A DNA stretch of 64,000 nucleotides from a virus: positions 130,625 to 194,624 of the IMG/VR virus record IMGVR_UViG_3300042520_001767; one strand, 5' to 3'. How positions within the stretch are numbered: position 1 is the stretch's first letter; each line of letters opens with the position of its first letter. Below the pieces are notes generated by a model, which did no database searches, was not told the origin of the DNA, and worked only from the letters and a program-made list of their open reading frames with translations. This document shows, piece by piece, positions 1 through 8,555 of this stretch. The position numbers and the translations under genes were made by a program.

Positions 1-514
1 TTGTTATACTAGTACCTATATGGTTATTATTTTTATCTATTGTTTTATAAACAGAACCTTCAGAAATATATAACCCAATCAAATAAGCTAAATCAGTAGT
101 TATTTTATTGAATTTATCCTTTGGTATATTGTGCTCTTTATTTGATTCTTTATATTCAAAACCAATTTCATCATAATTACCCCATAACTCAAAACCAGAT
201 TGTATGTTAATGTAATCACCTTCATTTAACTGTGACATTTCATACCAATCAAATTTGTTATCAATTTTAGAATAACACCATAATTTATGTGTGTGTGTAC
301 CCTCTATACTACCAGAAGTTGATTCTAATTTAATAGTTTCTTGTAACCCATTATTAACAAATAAATTAGAAGTTCTTGTTTTAAATAACCCTTGAATTGA
401 ATAATCTTGAATATTATAACCTAAGTTTGGGTTATCACCCTTAGATTCATCAATGAATTCAGAAACTTCTTTAACACCTTCATTAGTAAAAACAAACGTA
501 TCTTTTGTTACACA
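1..514 (-). mobile_element. Intein 2 in TerL (partial) with LAGLIDADG motif
   Basis: Starts S|CVTKDTFVFT; block B-like GTHTHKLW; YLIGLYISEG motif; continues off window. Confidence 0.88.
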
Positions 515-2434
515 TGAAATAAGAGTTGCTCGACCACCAGTATTATGGCTAACTACGCCATTTGATATGAATGAATTAGTTTCTGGTACGTGTAAATCAT
601 ACGTATAATCTTCCCCATTATTTATTTCAATTATTTCATCAATATAATATTTCTCGTTATTTTTTATTTGTTCATACAATCCCAATAAATCCATATCGTT
701 AGGTATTTCAATCATCAAACGATTCAATGATTCATAACTTAATCGCTCATATTTTGAAACCCAAAAACGCTCTAAGAATCTAAATTTAGATTTAGTTAAC
801 CCATTTTTATCTAAAATCTTTAGTATTGTTTTTTGAGGTACATCTATGAATCTACTATTTAATTTTTTACCAATTAAATATTGTTTATTTTTTTGTTTTC
901 TATCTAATCTAAAACCTATCTCATCATAAAATTTAATAGCATGGTCAGAATAAATTTTTAAATTATATATCGTACAAACATGGTCTTTATTAGTTATTAT
1001 TGACGACTCCGAAGTTTTTCGTATTTCTTTTTTTACGTGTGAAATAATTCCAAAATTTAAAAGTAATGTTTGTAAAGTTTTAATTAATTTTTTTGATGTA
1101 CTAGAATATTTAATATCTTTTATTGTTGACATTCCATCCCCATCAAACATACCTTGTAAAAAATTAACGATAACTTCTTTAGACATTTTGAGTATTGATA
1201 GCGGTATCTCTTTATCTCTAGCGTTATGTTTTTTAAGTCCAAACTCTTCAAACCATTGTACCAATTCAGTTGAGTGATACATATAATGCCTATCATCTAC
1301 TTTCTTAAACCCATTACCTAATTTAGCTATATCATTTATTAAAAAATTAGTTATCTGCGCATCAACATTAGTTATCGTTATACCTCTACTGGTAAAATTA
1401 CCCTCAGCAACAAATAAACCTAACAAATAACAAAAATCTAAATTATCTGATAAGTTTAATGGTATATTAATGTTTTTTTGGTTGTAATTAACTCTATCAA
1501 ATGAAAAATCAAATTTACTATCTTGCCCAAAATAATTTTGGTTATAATTAATAATTGGTTTATCACCGACAACTAATTCATTCATTCGTACCCAAACTTC
1601 TTCACCATTTCTATTAATTAATAACGGATGTTTCCAACTACCCTCTAACTCTATACCTAATTTTGTTTTTATTTTAAAGGTTTCACCATACTCACTTACA
1701 AATGTTTGAGTTGCTGGTGTTAAAACACCATCTTTATTACAAACCATGTGTGGTACGTCTAAATCAGTAAACCCTAATTTATCTTTTTCAGTAACCAATT
1801 CATCCAACTCAACTAAACCGTTTTCGGTTAATATTAACGAGTCTTTAGTTAAACAACCTAACGCAGTAAGTGCAGCACCAAATACTTCAGCACCATTATC
1901 AATATATGCAGCCTCATCCATGATAAGGAATGTAGGTGTAAATCCCCTCAAAGCATCTTTAGATGTTGCTACTGCTTTTACACGACTACCGTTAGGTAAT
2001 TTAATCTCTTTCTTTGAATCTGTAAGGAAAATTGATTTACCTTCGTTTTTAGGGTTACCATAATATTCATGACCCCATACCCATCTAGGTAATTGATTTA
2101 GAAAATCTTTAATCTTAGCCAAGAACTCAAAAGCTAACTCTTGTTTATTGGCAATAATCAGAATGTTTTCTGGGTTATCAGAATCAGCAAAACCAACCTT
2201 TATTGACATATACGCAGCTGTTGTTGTTGATACCCCAGCCTGTCTAGGTTTTGTTACAATATTAAAACGGTTTTTTTCGTATGCTGTGATAATCTCTCTC
2301 TGTCTAGGGAATAATCTAAATGGTACAAAACCCTCTTGAGTTTTATCAAACGTTTCCAAATAGGTTTCAATTGCATAAGTCGGTTGAGTTAGACATCTAG
2401 CGTATTCTTTAAATATCTCGTTAGTTGTAAGCAT
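1..2434 (-). CDS. terL: Terminase large subunit (T4 gp17-like), 3' end runs off window, contains two inteins
   Basis: Manual translation from ATG 2434: MLTTNEIFKEY...KPRQAGVST (Walker A region)...FLIMDEAAYID (Walker B)...; frame open to position 1; missed by the ORF track because no stop is in the window. Confidence 0.93.
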   Translation of the reverse strand, partial: MLTTNEIFKEYARCLTQPTYAIETYLETFDKTQEGFVPFRLFPRQREIITAYEKNRFNIVTKPRQAGVSTTTAAYMSIKVGFADSDNPENILIIANKQELAFEFLAKIKDFLNQLPRWVWGHEYYGNPKNEGKSIFLTDSKKEIKLPNGSRVKAVATSKDALRGFTPTFLIMDEAAYIDNGAEVFGAALTALGCLTKDSLILTENGLVELDELVTEKDKLGFTDLDVPHMVCNKDGVLTPATQTFVSEYGETFKIKTKLGIELEGSWKHPLLINRNGEEVWVRMNELVVGDKPIINYNQNYFGQDSKFDFSFDRVNYNQKNINIPLNLSDNLDFCYLLGLFVAEGNFTSRGITITNVDAQITNFLINDIAKLGNGFKKVDDRHYMYHSTELVQWFEEFGLKKHNARDKEIPLSILKMSKEVIVNFLQGMFDGDGMSTIKDIKYSSTSKKLIKTLQTLLLNFGIISHVKKEIRKTSESSIITNKDHVCTIYNLKIYSDHAIKFYDEIGFRLDRKQKNKQYLIGKKLNSRFIDVPQKTILKILDKNGLTKSKFRFLERFWVSKYERLSYESLNRLMIEIPNDMDLLGLYEQIKNNEKYYIDEIIEINNGEDYTYDLHVPETNSFISNGVVSHNTGGRATLISCVTKDTFVFTNEGVKEVSEFIDESKGDNPNLGYNIQDYSIQGLFKTRTSNLFVNNGLQETIKLESTSGSIEGTHTHKLWCYSKIDNKFDWYEMSQLNEGDYINIQSGFELWGNYDEIGFEYKESNKEHNIPKDKFNKITTDLAYLIGLYISEGSVYKTIDKNNNHIGTSIT
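542..1855 (-). mobile_element. Intein 1 in TerL (438 aa) with LAGLIDADG homing endonuclease
   Basis: Starts G|CLTKDSLILT, ends NGVVSHN|T; internal YLLGLFVAEG and FLQGMFDGDG motifs. Confidence 0.93.
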
Positions 2435-2487
2435 ATTCTTTTTAGTAATAAATATGCAGAAATCAACTAAAAACATTTAATCAAATA

Positions 2488-2513
2488 ATAAAGACCCCAA
2501 ATGGGGCCTTTAT
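2488..2513. terminator. Intrinsic terminator-like hairpin
   Basis: ATAAAGACCCC-AAAT-GGGGCCTTTAT, intergenic. Confidence 0.6.
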
Positions 2514-2534
2514 CTATTATTATGTTGTTTAAAA

Positions 2535-3848
2535 TTAAAATAATTCATCAATATCAAAACCATCTTCTTGGTCTTCATTATCACTATGACTATCTGTGTT
2601 ATCAATTGTTGTACCACCCATAAGTTCATCAAAATCAAAACCTAATTCATTTGAGACTTCTCCATCATTATATTTAGCACTTTTATTTATAGCTTCATTA
2701 AATTCTTCTGTTTTAATATCATTACTAACTTCATTTACAATATCTTTAATAATTTTCTTCCCTTCATTAGTGTTTGCCATTACTTCTCTCATTTTTACAT
2801 TGAATTCGTCTACTGGTAATGCGGCCATCTCACTATAAATGTGGTGTTTCATATGGAAATCATCTGGTTCTATTGCATTCGTGAATCTAGACCAAAGACC
2901 TGGACCCATACGCATATCCCATGGTTCAGCAGCTAAAAAGTCAGCTTTATTTATAACAAATTCACCAGTTTTTTTATCTTTAGGTAAACCATGTGCTGAC
3001 ATTAATTCCATAACACCTTTTACTAATTCATGGATAAGAACTGGGAAAACCATAGCTTGTACATGAATAACAGCTTTTGGGTTATCCTTACATGGAAACA
3101 TAACCCTAACAACACCACCATTTACACCATTTTCCATATTAGGTATAATATAGTACATGTAATCAGCTGCTGCCATCATTTTAGAATATTTATTAGATAA
3201 ACGAGGTTCAATGTCGGTTAATTCATCATCAACCATGTGAAACATATGATTACATTTTTTAGCTGCACCTTGTGTCATTGCGTTAAGAAATCTTCTTTTA
3301 TAAACTTCTTTATTTGCGTTCTCCATTGATTCATGACTATCAAATTCCATTTGAACCTCCATAGGTTTAGGGTTCTTTTTTGTTCCTTCCATATTTATTC
3401 TATCGGTTAGTTCTGCATGTATTTCAACAACATCTTCACCCATATCATATTCTTCACGAATCATTTTTATCGCCAAGTCAACTAATTTTTTTTTGTTTTT
3501 TGATTCTAATTCCATAGTTTCAATAACCAGTGGCATCATGTTACTCATAACTTCAGAATTATCAATTGAATCACAATCAAAAGCTCGCTTATATCTTTTT
3601 GCTACTTCACTAAATCTTTCCCCCATGATTGTTTCCTCAAAACTATTTTCATGACCTTCTGGTAATACTGGACTACCACTTAAAGAGTGTCTTTTCTCTC
3701 TCAAATCAGCTTCAAGTTCTGGGTTCATTCTTTCAGTTAAACCTTCTGGGTATAGAATACTTTCATTTAAAGGTTTAGACTTACTAACTTGTTTACCTAA
3801 TTTAGACTTTCTTAGTGCTTCTTCAGCTATTTTTCTGTAATCACTCAT
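2535..3848 (-). CDS. Hypothetical phage protein (437 aa, acidic C-terminus)
   Basis: Long ORF in the operon upstream of terL. Confidence 0.8.
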   Translation of the reverse strand: MSDYRKIAEEALRKSKLGKQVSKSKPLNESILYPEGLTERMNPELEADLREKRHSLSGSPVLPEGHENSFEETIMGERFSEVAKRYKRAFDCDSIDNSEVMSNMMPLVIETMELESKNKKKLVDLAIKMIREEYDMGEDVVEIHAELTDRINMEGTKKNPKPMEVQMEFDSHESMENANKEVYKRRFLNAMTQGAAKKCNHMFHMVDDELTDIEPRLSNKYSKMMAAADYMYYIIPNMENGVNGGVVRVMFPCKDNPKAVIHVQAMVFPVLIHELVKGVMELMSAHGLPKDKKTGEFVINKADFLAAEPWDMRMGPGLWSRFTNAIEPDDFHMKHHIYSEMAALPVDEFNVKMREVMANTNEGKKIIKDIVNEVSNDIKTEEFNEAINKSAKYNDGEVSNELGFDFDELMGGTTIDNTDSHSDNEDQEDGFDIDELF

Positions 3849-4906
3849 TATTTTATGTCTTTTACTTTTAATATTTTTATTACATTTCTTTTTTTGTTTA
3901 ACCCTCCAAATAGTTCTTTTTTCTTAATAATTCTACCCTCATTTGTTGGTGATGGTTTATCACCAGTTAAAGGTGCTTCTGATGGGTCATCTTTTGCTAA
4001 ATCTTTATATGAAGAAATTATTTGCGGTAATTTTTCAATTGGTACGTTTATTAATTGTCCCATTTTTGCTAAAAAAACCGATTGTTCCATTGGTGTATCT
4101 AATTTGGCAAAATATTTACCAAACATATTCGTCATCTTATCAACCAATATCTTTACATCACCTTTTAGTTTATCAATGTTTATTTCTTCATCTAAACCAC
4201 CTTCACTCTTTCTTTCAAAACCTTCTTTGAAATATTTACCAGCCCTAAAGGCTTTTAATTGTCTAATACCCATATAATCCTCTTCTGGACCCAATTTACT
4301 ACCAGACCTCATCATCTCTTTGTAGTTTTTGAATTTACCAACAACTTGACCAGAATTTATATTAACGAAGAAATGTTTATAACCACCCAAATCATTTAGA
4401 TTTAAATGATTCATTAAACCTCCTTTATCAAAATCATTTTCTTCAACTGGTCGCTTATTAGATATTTCTTTTTCCATAACTGGTTTAACTATATTTTCCT
4501 CAAAAAAATCGACAGAATATATAACGTTTTGACCATTATCATCTGTTTCATCATGTGAAAAAACAGCCATAACTATCTGGTTATCAGAACCTAAACCTCT
4601 AACCATTTGATATTTTTGTACACCTATAGTAAAAGGTTGTGAAACTTTACCAGTTTTATCATCTTTTATATTTGATAGATATTTTATAGTTTCTTTATCT
4701 TTAGGTGCTATAACTGCTTCTGGTTCCAACATATTTAATTCCTCATCAACAATGTTAATGTTAAAATTTTTACCTAATTTTTTTAAATCATTAGAAACAG
4801 ATGATAAATCTTGTTTTTTAACGTTAATACTTGATTTTGAATTTGAACTACTTGAACTATTAGAGCTACCAAACATAGTTTCTTGTATTGTATTTTTATT
4901 TTTCAT
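3848..4906 (-). CDS. Hypothetical phage protein (352 aa)
   Basis: Long ORF; stop overlaps start of next gene. Confidence 0.8.
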   Translation of the reverse strand: MKNKNTIQETMFGSSNSSSSSNSKSSINVKKQDLSSVSNDLKKLGKNFNINIVDEELNMLEPEAVIAPKDKETIKYLSNIKDDKTGKVSQPFTIGVQKYQMVRGLGSDNQIVMAVFSHDETDDNGQNVIYSVDFFEENIVKPVMEKEISNKRPVEENDFDKGGLMNHLNLNDLGGYKHFFVNINSGQVVGKFKNYKEMMRSGSKLGPEEDYMGIRQLKAFRAGKYFKEGFERKSEGGLDEEINIDKLKGDVKILVDKMTNMFGKYFAKLDTPMEQSVFLAKMGQLINVPIEKLPQIISSYKDLAKDDPSEAPLTGDKPSPTNEGRIIKKKELFGGLNKKRNVIKILKVKDIK

Positions 4907-4910
4907 TGTT

Positions 4911-5303
4911 TTATTTTTTAAATTGCAATATTAGGTCGTTTTCATATAGTTTAGCTTCAACTGATTCACTAGTCTCACCAAATTTAAAACAAAGTCTTTT
5001 TTCTGGGTAAGAGTCATAAGCATTTATATTCTCCCAAGCCAAAGCTATAACACCATCGATTGCATCCCAAACAGCAAATGTATCACTATCTTGGATTACA
5101 TCTAAGTTTAATTCCGATTCTAGTCTACCTACTTTTTTTATAAAGTTATCGTGTGGTGGTGAAGGTCTTCCAGAAGCTGGAAAAGTATCCCAATCATCAC
5201 CGTCAATATTTTTATTTGTATCTGAAAAGATAAATTCATAAATGAAATTACCCTTGTAATCTTTACCAACTCTATTTACATATATTAAAAACAATTCTTT
5301 CAT
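4911..5303 (-). CDS. Hypothetical phage protein (130 aa)
   Basis: ORF tightly coupled to neighbours. Confidence 0.8.
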   Translation of the reverse strand: MKELFLIYVNRVGKDYKGNFIYEFIFSDTNKNIDGDDWDTFPASGRPSPPHDNFIKKVGRLESELNLDVIQDSDTFAVWDAIDGVIALAWENINAYDSYPEKRLCFKFGETSESVEAKLYENDLILQFKK

Positions 5304-7003
5304 TAGTTAATGTACATATTTAATTCATAATTACCACTATCCATACGATAGATTTGAGCGTGGAAACCTTTTCGTTGTGGTTTTCCGTTTAATGTAAGTT
5401 CTTTATTATATCTTTGTGTTTGACCATAAGCAACATGTTGAGGGTCAGATAATTCAAATTCGATTGGTTCGTATCCTCTTGTAATTACATATCTTTCAGC
5501 TTCAGAAAAACAACTAGCAAGTGTTTTATGATAAACCTCATAATCAAATTTACCCTCATTCATTGCTTTTGGGTCTGGTGTTACTTCTGGGCTTGGTAAA
5601 AAAGGTTTATTTTTTCTACTTGGCACTATATTAGGTTGTATTTTATCTGGTGCTGGTTTAATTTGTGGTTGAACTGTTGGTTCAACATCATGATTAAATG
5701 TTTCTTGTACTTTCATCTTTAAATAATTTTTATCAAAGGTACTGTTTTTTTTATCAGAAATCAAACCCTCACCAACAATTTTAGAAACTGGTTTTGATGA
5801 CCACATTTTACATGACCAATACTTAGGTGTTGTTTTATCTTTTGCTTGTGCACATTTATGTCTTGCTCTGAAAGATTTTCTCCTCTCTGGGTTATCTCTT
5901 TTTATTTCCATATTAGGGTCACCAAAATTAACCTTTATAACATTACCTTTTTTATTTTTAACATAAACTTTGAATTTTTTTACATCACCAGAACTAGGTT
6001 TCCCTAATTTAACTTCTTTCCCATGATATTCAGCTTCATTTAAATTAACGTTTTCAACAGAACCATATTCATCAGTATAACCACCTTCGGTTTCACCATC
6101 ATACTCATTTAAATTACCTTCAAAAAAGTGGTACACTTCTTCAATATCATCAGCAGATGAACTTATATGGTCAACAGCCCATGCATGTCCATTTGCACAC
6201 ATTTCATCAATTTGTTGTCGGTTCATTTCTAATAACTCCCCAGATGCGTGGTGTATCGTTTTAAGGTTTTGCCAAAACATATAATTAAGTGACTCATTAT
6301 CGTTTATCACTTCATGGTTTTCGTTAATTGGGACACAATTAGGTACTTGTTTACCATTTTTTTCTTTCATACCTATTTGTTTATAACCTTTCCAACATGA
6401 CTCATTTAGTTTATCATTTGAACCTGGTTGGAACATGTTGTTTTTCTTAGGTTTATCCAAGAATAAATTATCCATTTCATATAATGAATATTCTTGTAAA
6501 CCTTCTTCATCTCCAGATTCATCAGAACTTATTTCATCATTAGAAATATCACTAGTTTCATCACTAGAATTATCTTCACCATTATTACCAGCTGAATTAA
6601 TTTTTTTAATTATATCTTTTTTATCGTTTTCGTCCATTTCAGAAGTGTGTGTTGCTGAAATTAAAGAGTTTATCGCAAATTTTTCTAAGTCAAAGTCAGG
6701 TTGACCTTGAGTTTCAGTGTATTTTCTTAAAGATTGACCCAGTTTACCTGTAAGTTGTTCAATAAATTTTTTAGGGTCTGTTTCTTCATCTGCATCAACA
6801 CCAGCATCAAATGGTTCATCATCAAATGGTTTATCATCAGATACTGGTTCTTCACTACCACTTTCACTATCCCCAAAATCACCAAAACCAGCTTCATCAG
6901 CTGGTTCGGAAATAGGTTCCGCTGGGGCTGGTGCTGGAGCCGCTGGGGCTGGTGCATCAATCTTCAGCTTATATTTTACTTCGTTTACTTTTTCGTTACT
7001 ACT
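5303..7003 (-). CDS. Hypothetical protein; C-terminal part of a probable -1 frameshift fusion with 6985..7986
   Basis: Frame of track ORF 5303..6637 is open up to about 7021 with no ATG/GTG/TTG; the extension encodes SSNEKVNEVKYKLKIDAPAPAAPAPAPAEP...; contains KVNFGDPNM...RRKSFRARH.C...YWSCKMW and CWKGY...VPNCVP modules typical of T4-like phage proteins. Confidence 0.75.
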   Translation of the reverse strand, partial: SSNEKVNEVKYKLKIDAPAPAAPAPAPAEPISEPADEAGFGDFGDSESGSEEPVSDDKPFDDEPFDAGVDADEETDPKKFIEQLTGKLGQSLRKYTETQGQPDFDLEKFAINSLISATHTSEMDENDKKDIIKKINSAGNNGEDNSSDETSDISNDEISSDESGDEEGLQEYSLYEMDNLFLDKPKKNNMFQPGSNDKLNESCWKGYKQIGMKEKNGKQVPNCVPINENHEVINDNESLNYMFWQNLKTIHHASGELLEMNRQQIDEMCANGHAWAVDHISSSADDIEEVYHFFEGNLNEYDGETEGGYTDEYGSVENVNLNEAEYHGKEVKLGKPSSGDVKKFKVYVKNKKGNVIKVNFGDPNMEIKRDNPERRKSFRARHKCAQAKDKTTPKYWSCKMWSSKPVSKIVGEGLISDKKNSTFDKNYLKMKVQETFNHDVEPTVQPQIKPAPDKIQPNIVPSRKNKPFLPSPEVTPDPKAMNEGKFDYEVYHKTLASCFSEAERYVITRGYEPIEFELSDPQHVAYGQTQRYNKELTLNGKPQRKGFHAQIYRMDSGNYELNMYIN

Positions 7004-7986
7004 TTTTTTTTTACAGTACCTTCAGTTAATGAAGTAATCATTTTATCTAATTTTTTCACACTTTCTTCCATAGCTCTCAAAGAAGCCAAATCCATTGCAT
7101 CGATATCACCATCACCACCTTCTGGTTCAACATCTAATCTTTGTTGACCACCATGTAATTCTTCATTTGTTTGTGATAAAATAGAAGAAATTTTTTCTAA
7201 GTCAGTTATTGTTCCACCTGGATACGCTAACGATACTATTGAAATATTCTCTGGTGTAACATCAACACCTCTTTCAACTAATTTTGATTTTAAAAATTCA
7301 ACTAAATCATATGCTTCATGGTCAACACCCTCAGAAGCATTTTCTGGAATATTTATTTCTCTTGGTGGGTTAGGTAATTGATTAGGGTCGTTTTTTCTTC
7401 CCATTTGATAATCAACGTATTCTTCCTCTTCATTTCTAGCCATCATTTCTTCAATAGCTTGTTCAAATTCATTTAATTCTTCTTCTAACGTTTCTTCTTC
7501 ATACACTTCTTCTTTGTACATTTCTTCATTTCCATGTAAATTACCAGCACCAGAAAATCCGTTACTAGAACCACTAGAAAAACCAGCAATACCACTTTCA
7601 GATAACAAATTATCATCTTCAAATACATTTATATCACCACCTTTATTAAAAGCTTCAGCCAATGATTTAAACTTAAAATTTAATTGCTTTATTGCACGAG
7701 CATAAGATGGATACGCTTCTTCTTTTTTGTTTTGTAAACCACCGATATATTTGAAATCCTCTAACACTAAACCAGTTGTTTTAGTTGTTTTTTTGATATA
7801 ATATTCATGGTTTTCTCTAACAATAGCATATGCACTACCATCTGGTCCAATTTTAGTTAATTCAACAGCTGAATTTGTTTTATTTTCATTTTCATTTATT
7901 GGTTTCATTCCCATAAGAGATAATTGACGTTCAAGAATTTCTTTACCTTTAAGACCAATCGGACTAATTAATTGTTTATTTTTCAT
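6985..7986 (-). CDS. Hypothetical acidic phage protein (333 aa), N-terminal part of frameshift fusion
   Basis: ORF ending VKKKVVTKK over an A10 run. Confidence 0.8.
   Translation of the reverse strand: MKNKQLISPIGLKGKEILERQLSLMGMKPINENENKTNSAVELTKIGPDGSAYAIVRENHEYYIKKTTKTTGLVLEDFKYIGGLQNKKEEAYPSYARAIKQLNFKFKSLAEAFNKGGDINVFEDDNLLSESGIAGFSSGSSNGFSGAGNLHGNEEMYKEEVYEEETLEEELNEFEQAIEEMMARNEEEEYVDYQMGRKNDPNQLPNPPREINIPENASEGVDHEAYDLVEFLKSKLVERGVDVTPENISIVSLAYPGGTITDLEKISSILSQTNEELHGGQQRLDVEPEGGDGDIDAMDLASLRAMEESVKKLDKMITSLTEGTVKKKVVTKK
7003..7012 (-). other. A10 slippery site (-1 frameshift or transcriptional slippage)
   Basis: GTA AAA AAA AAA GTA; the -1 frame joins the downstream ORF. Confidence 0.65.
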
Positions 7987-8007
7987 AATTTATTACTTTT
8001 TATTTTG

Positions 8008-8250
8008 TTATAAGTTTGGGCTACCTAAATATACATCCCTATTTTCACCTAATAGGTAACACCCAGTACCACCAGATACTGACCTTACCCATAATGAGAT
8101 ATTAGAAGACGGTGCAACGTTAATTGATACATTATTAACTAGAATTACACAACCAGCGGTTCCACCATATATTTCGCTATAAGTATGGGCTGTTAAATTA
8201 GCATTAGCTGCTAGTACTATAATACTATGTATATCATTTATTTTTGGCAT
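8008..8250 (-). CDS. Small protein (80 aa) paralogous to the N-terminus of 8555..10795
   Basis: MPKINDIHS...YSEIYGGTAGC...GCYLLGE aligns by eye with MPNINAHS...YTEILGGSSGC...GCYLGGE. Confidence 0.8.
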   Translation of the reverse strand: MPKINDIHSIIVLAANANLTAHTYSEIYGGTAGCVILVNNVSINVAPSSNISLWVRSVSGGTGCYLLGENRDVYLGSPNL

Positions 8251-8315
8251 AACTTTTTTGTTTTTATTATAAATATGTTAATATTTTAATTTGTTCTAAA
8301 TATGTATTTTTTTAT

Positions 8316-8555
8316 TTAATTTGGTAAATTAGATGCACAACAATCACCATCACAACCAAAACCACAAAAATCATTTGGTGTTAATTCAATATTGTTTTTA
8401 CTAAAATATTGTCCAAAAAATATTAACCTCTCATTTAATTCAATTTCTGAATCAAAAAACTCTAAAAATGGTTGTCCACTTTCAATTATTTGATTATCTT
8501 TTAATTCCCCATAAAGGAAAACATCTAATTCATTATGTGTAAAAAAATATCTCAT
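8316..8555 (-). CDS. Hypothetical protein (79 aa), coupled to the DUF285 gene
   Basis: TAATG stop/start overlap at 8555 gives a better start than the track start 8585. Confidence 0.65.
   Translation of the reverse strand: MRYFFTHNELDVFLYGELKDNQIIESGQPFLEFFDSEIELNERLIFFGQYFSKNNIELTPNDFCGFGCDGDCCASNLPN

Noticed and set aside
1746-7705. Plus-strand track ORFs (1746, 2148, 2596, 2839, 3855, 3943, 4752, 6435, 6734, 7514) and similar antisense ORFs elsewhere
   Set aside because: They are shadows of longer, motif-bearing genes on the opposite strand.
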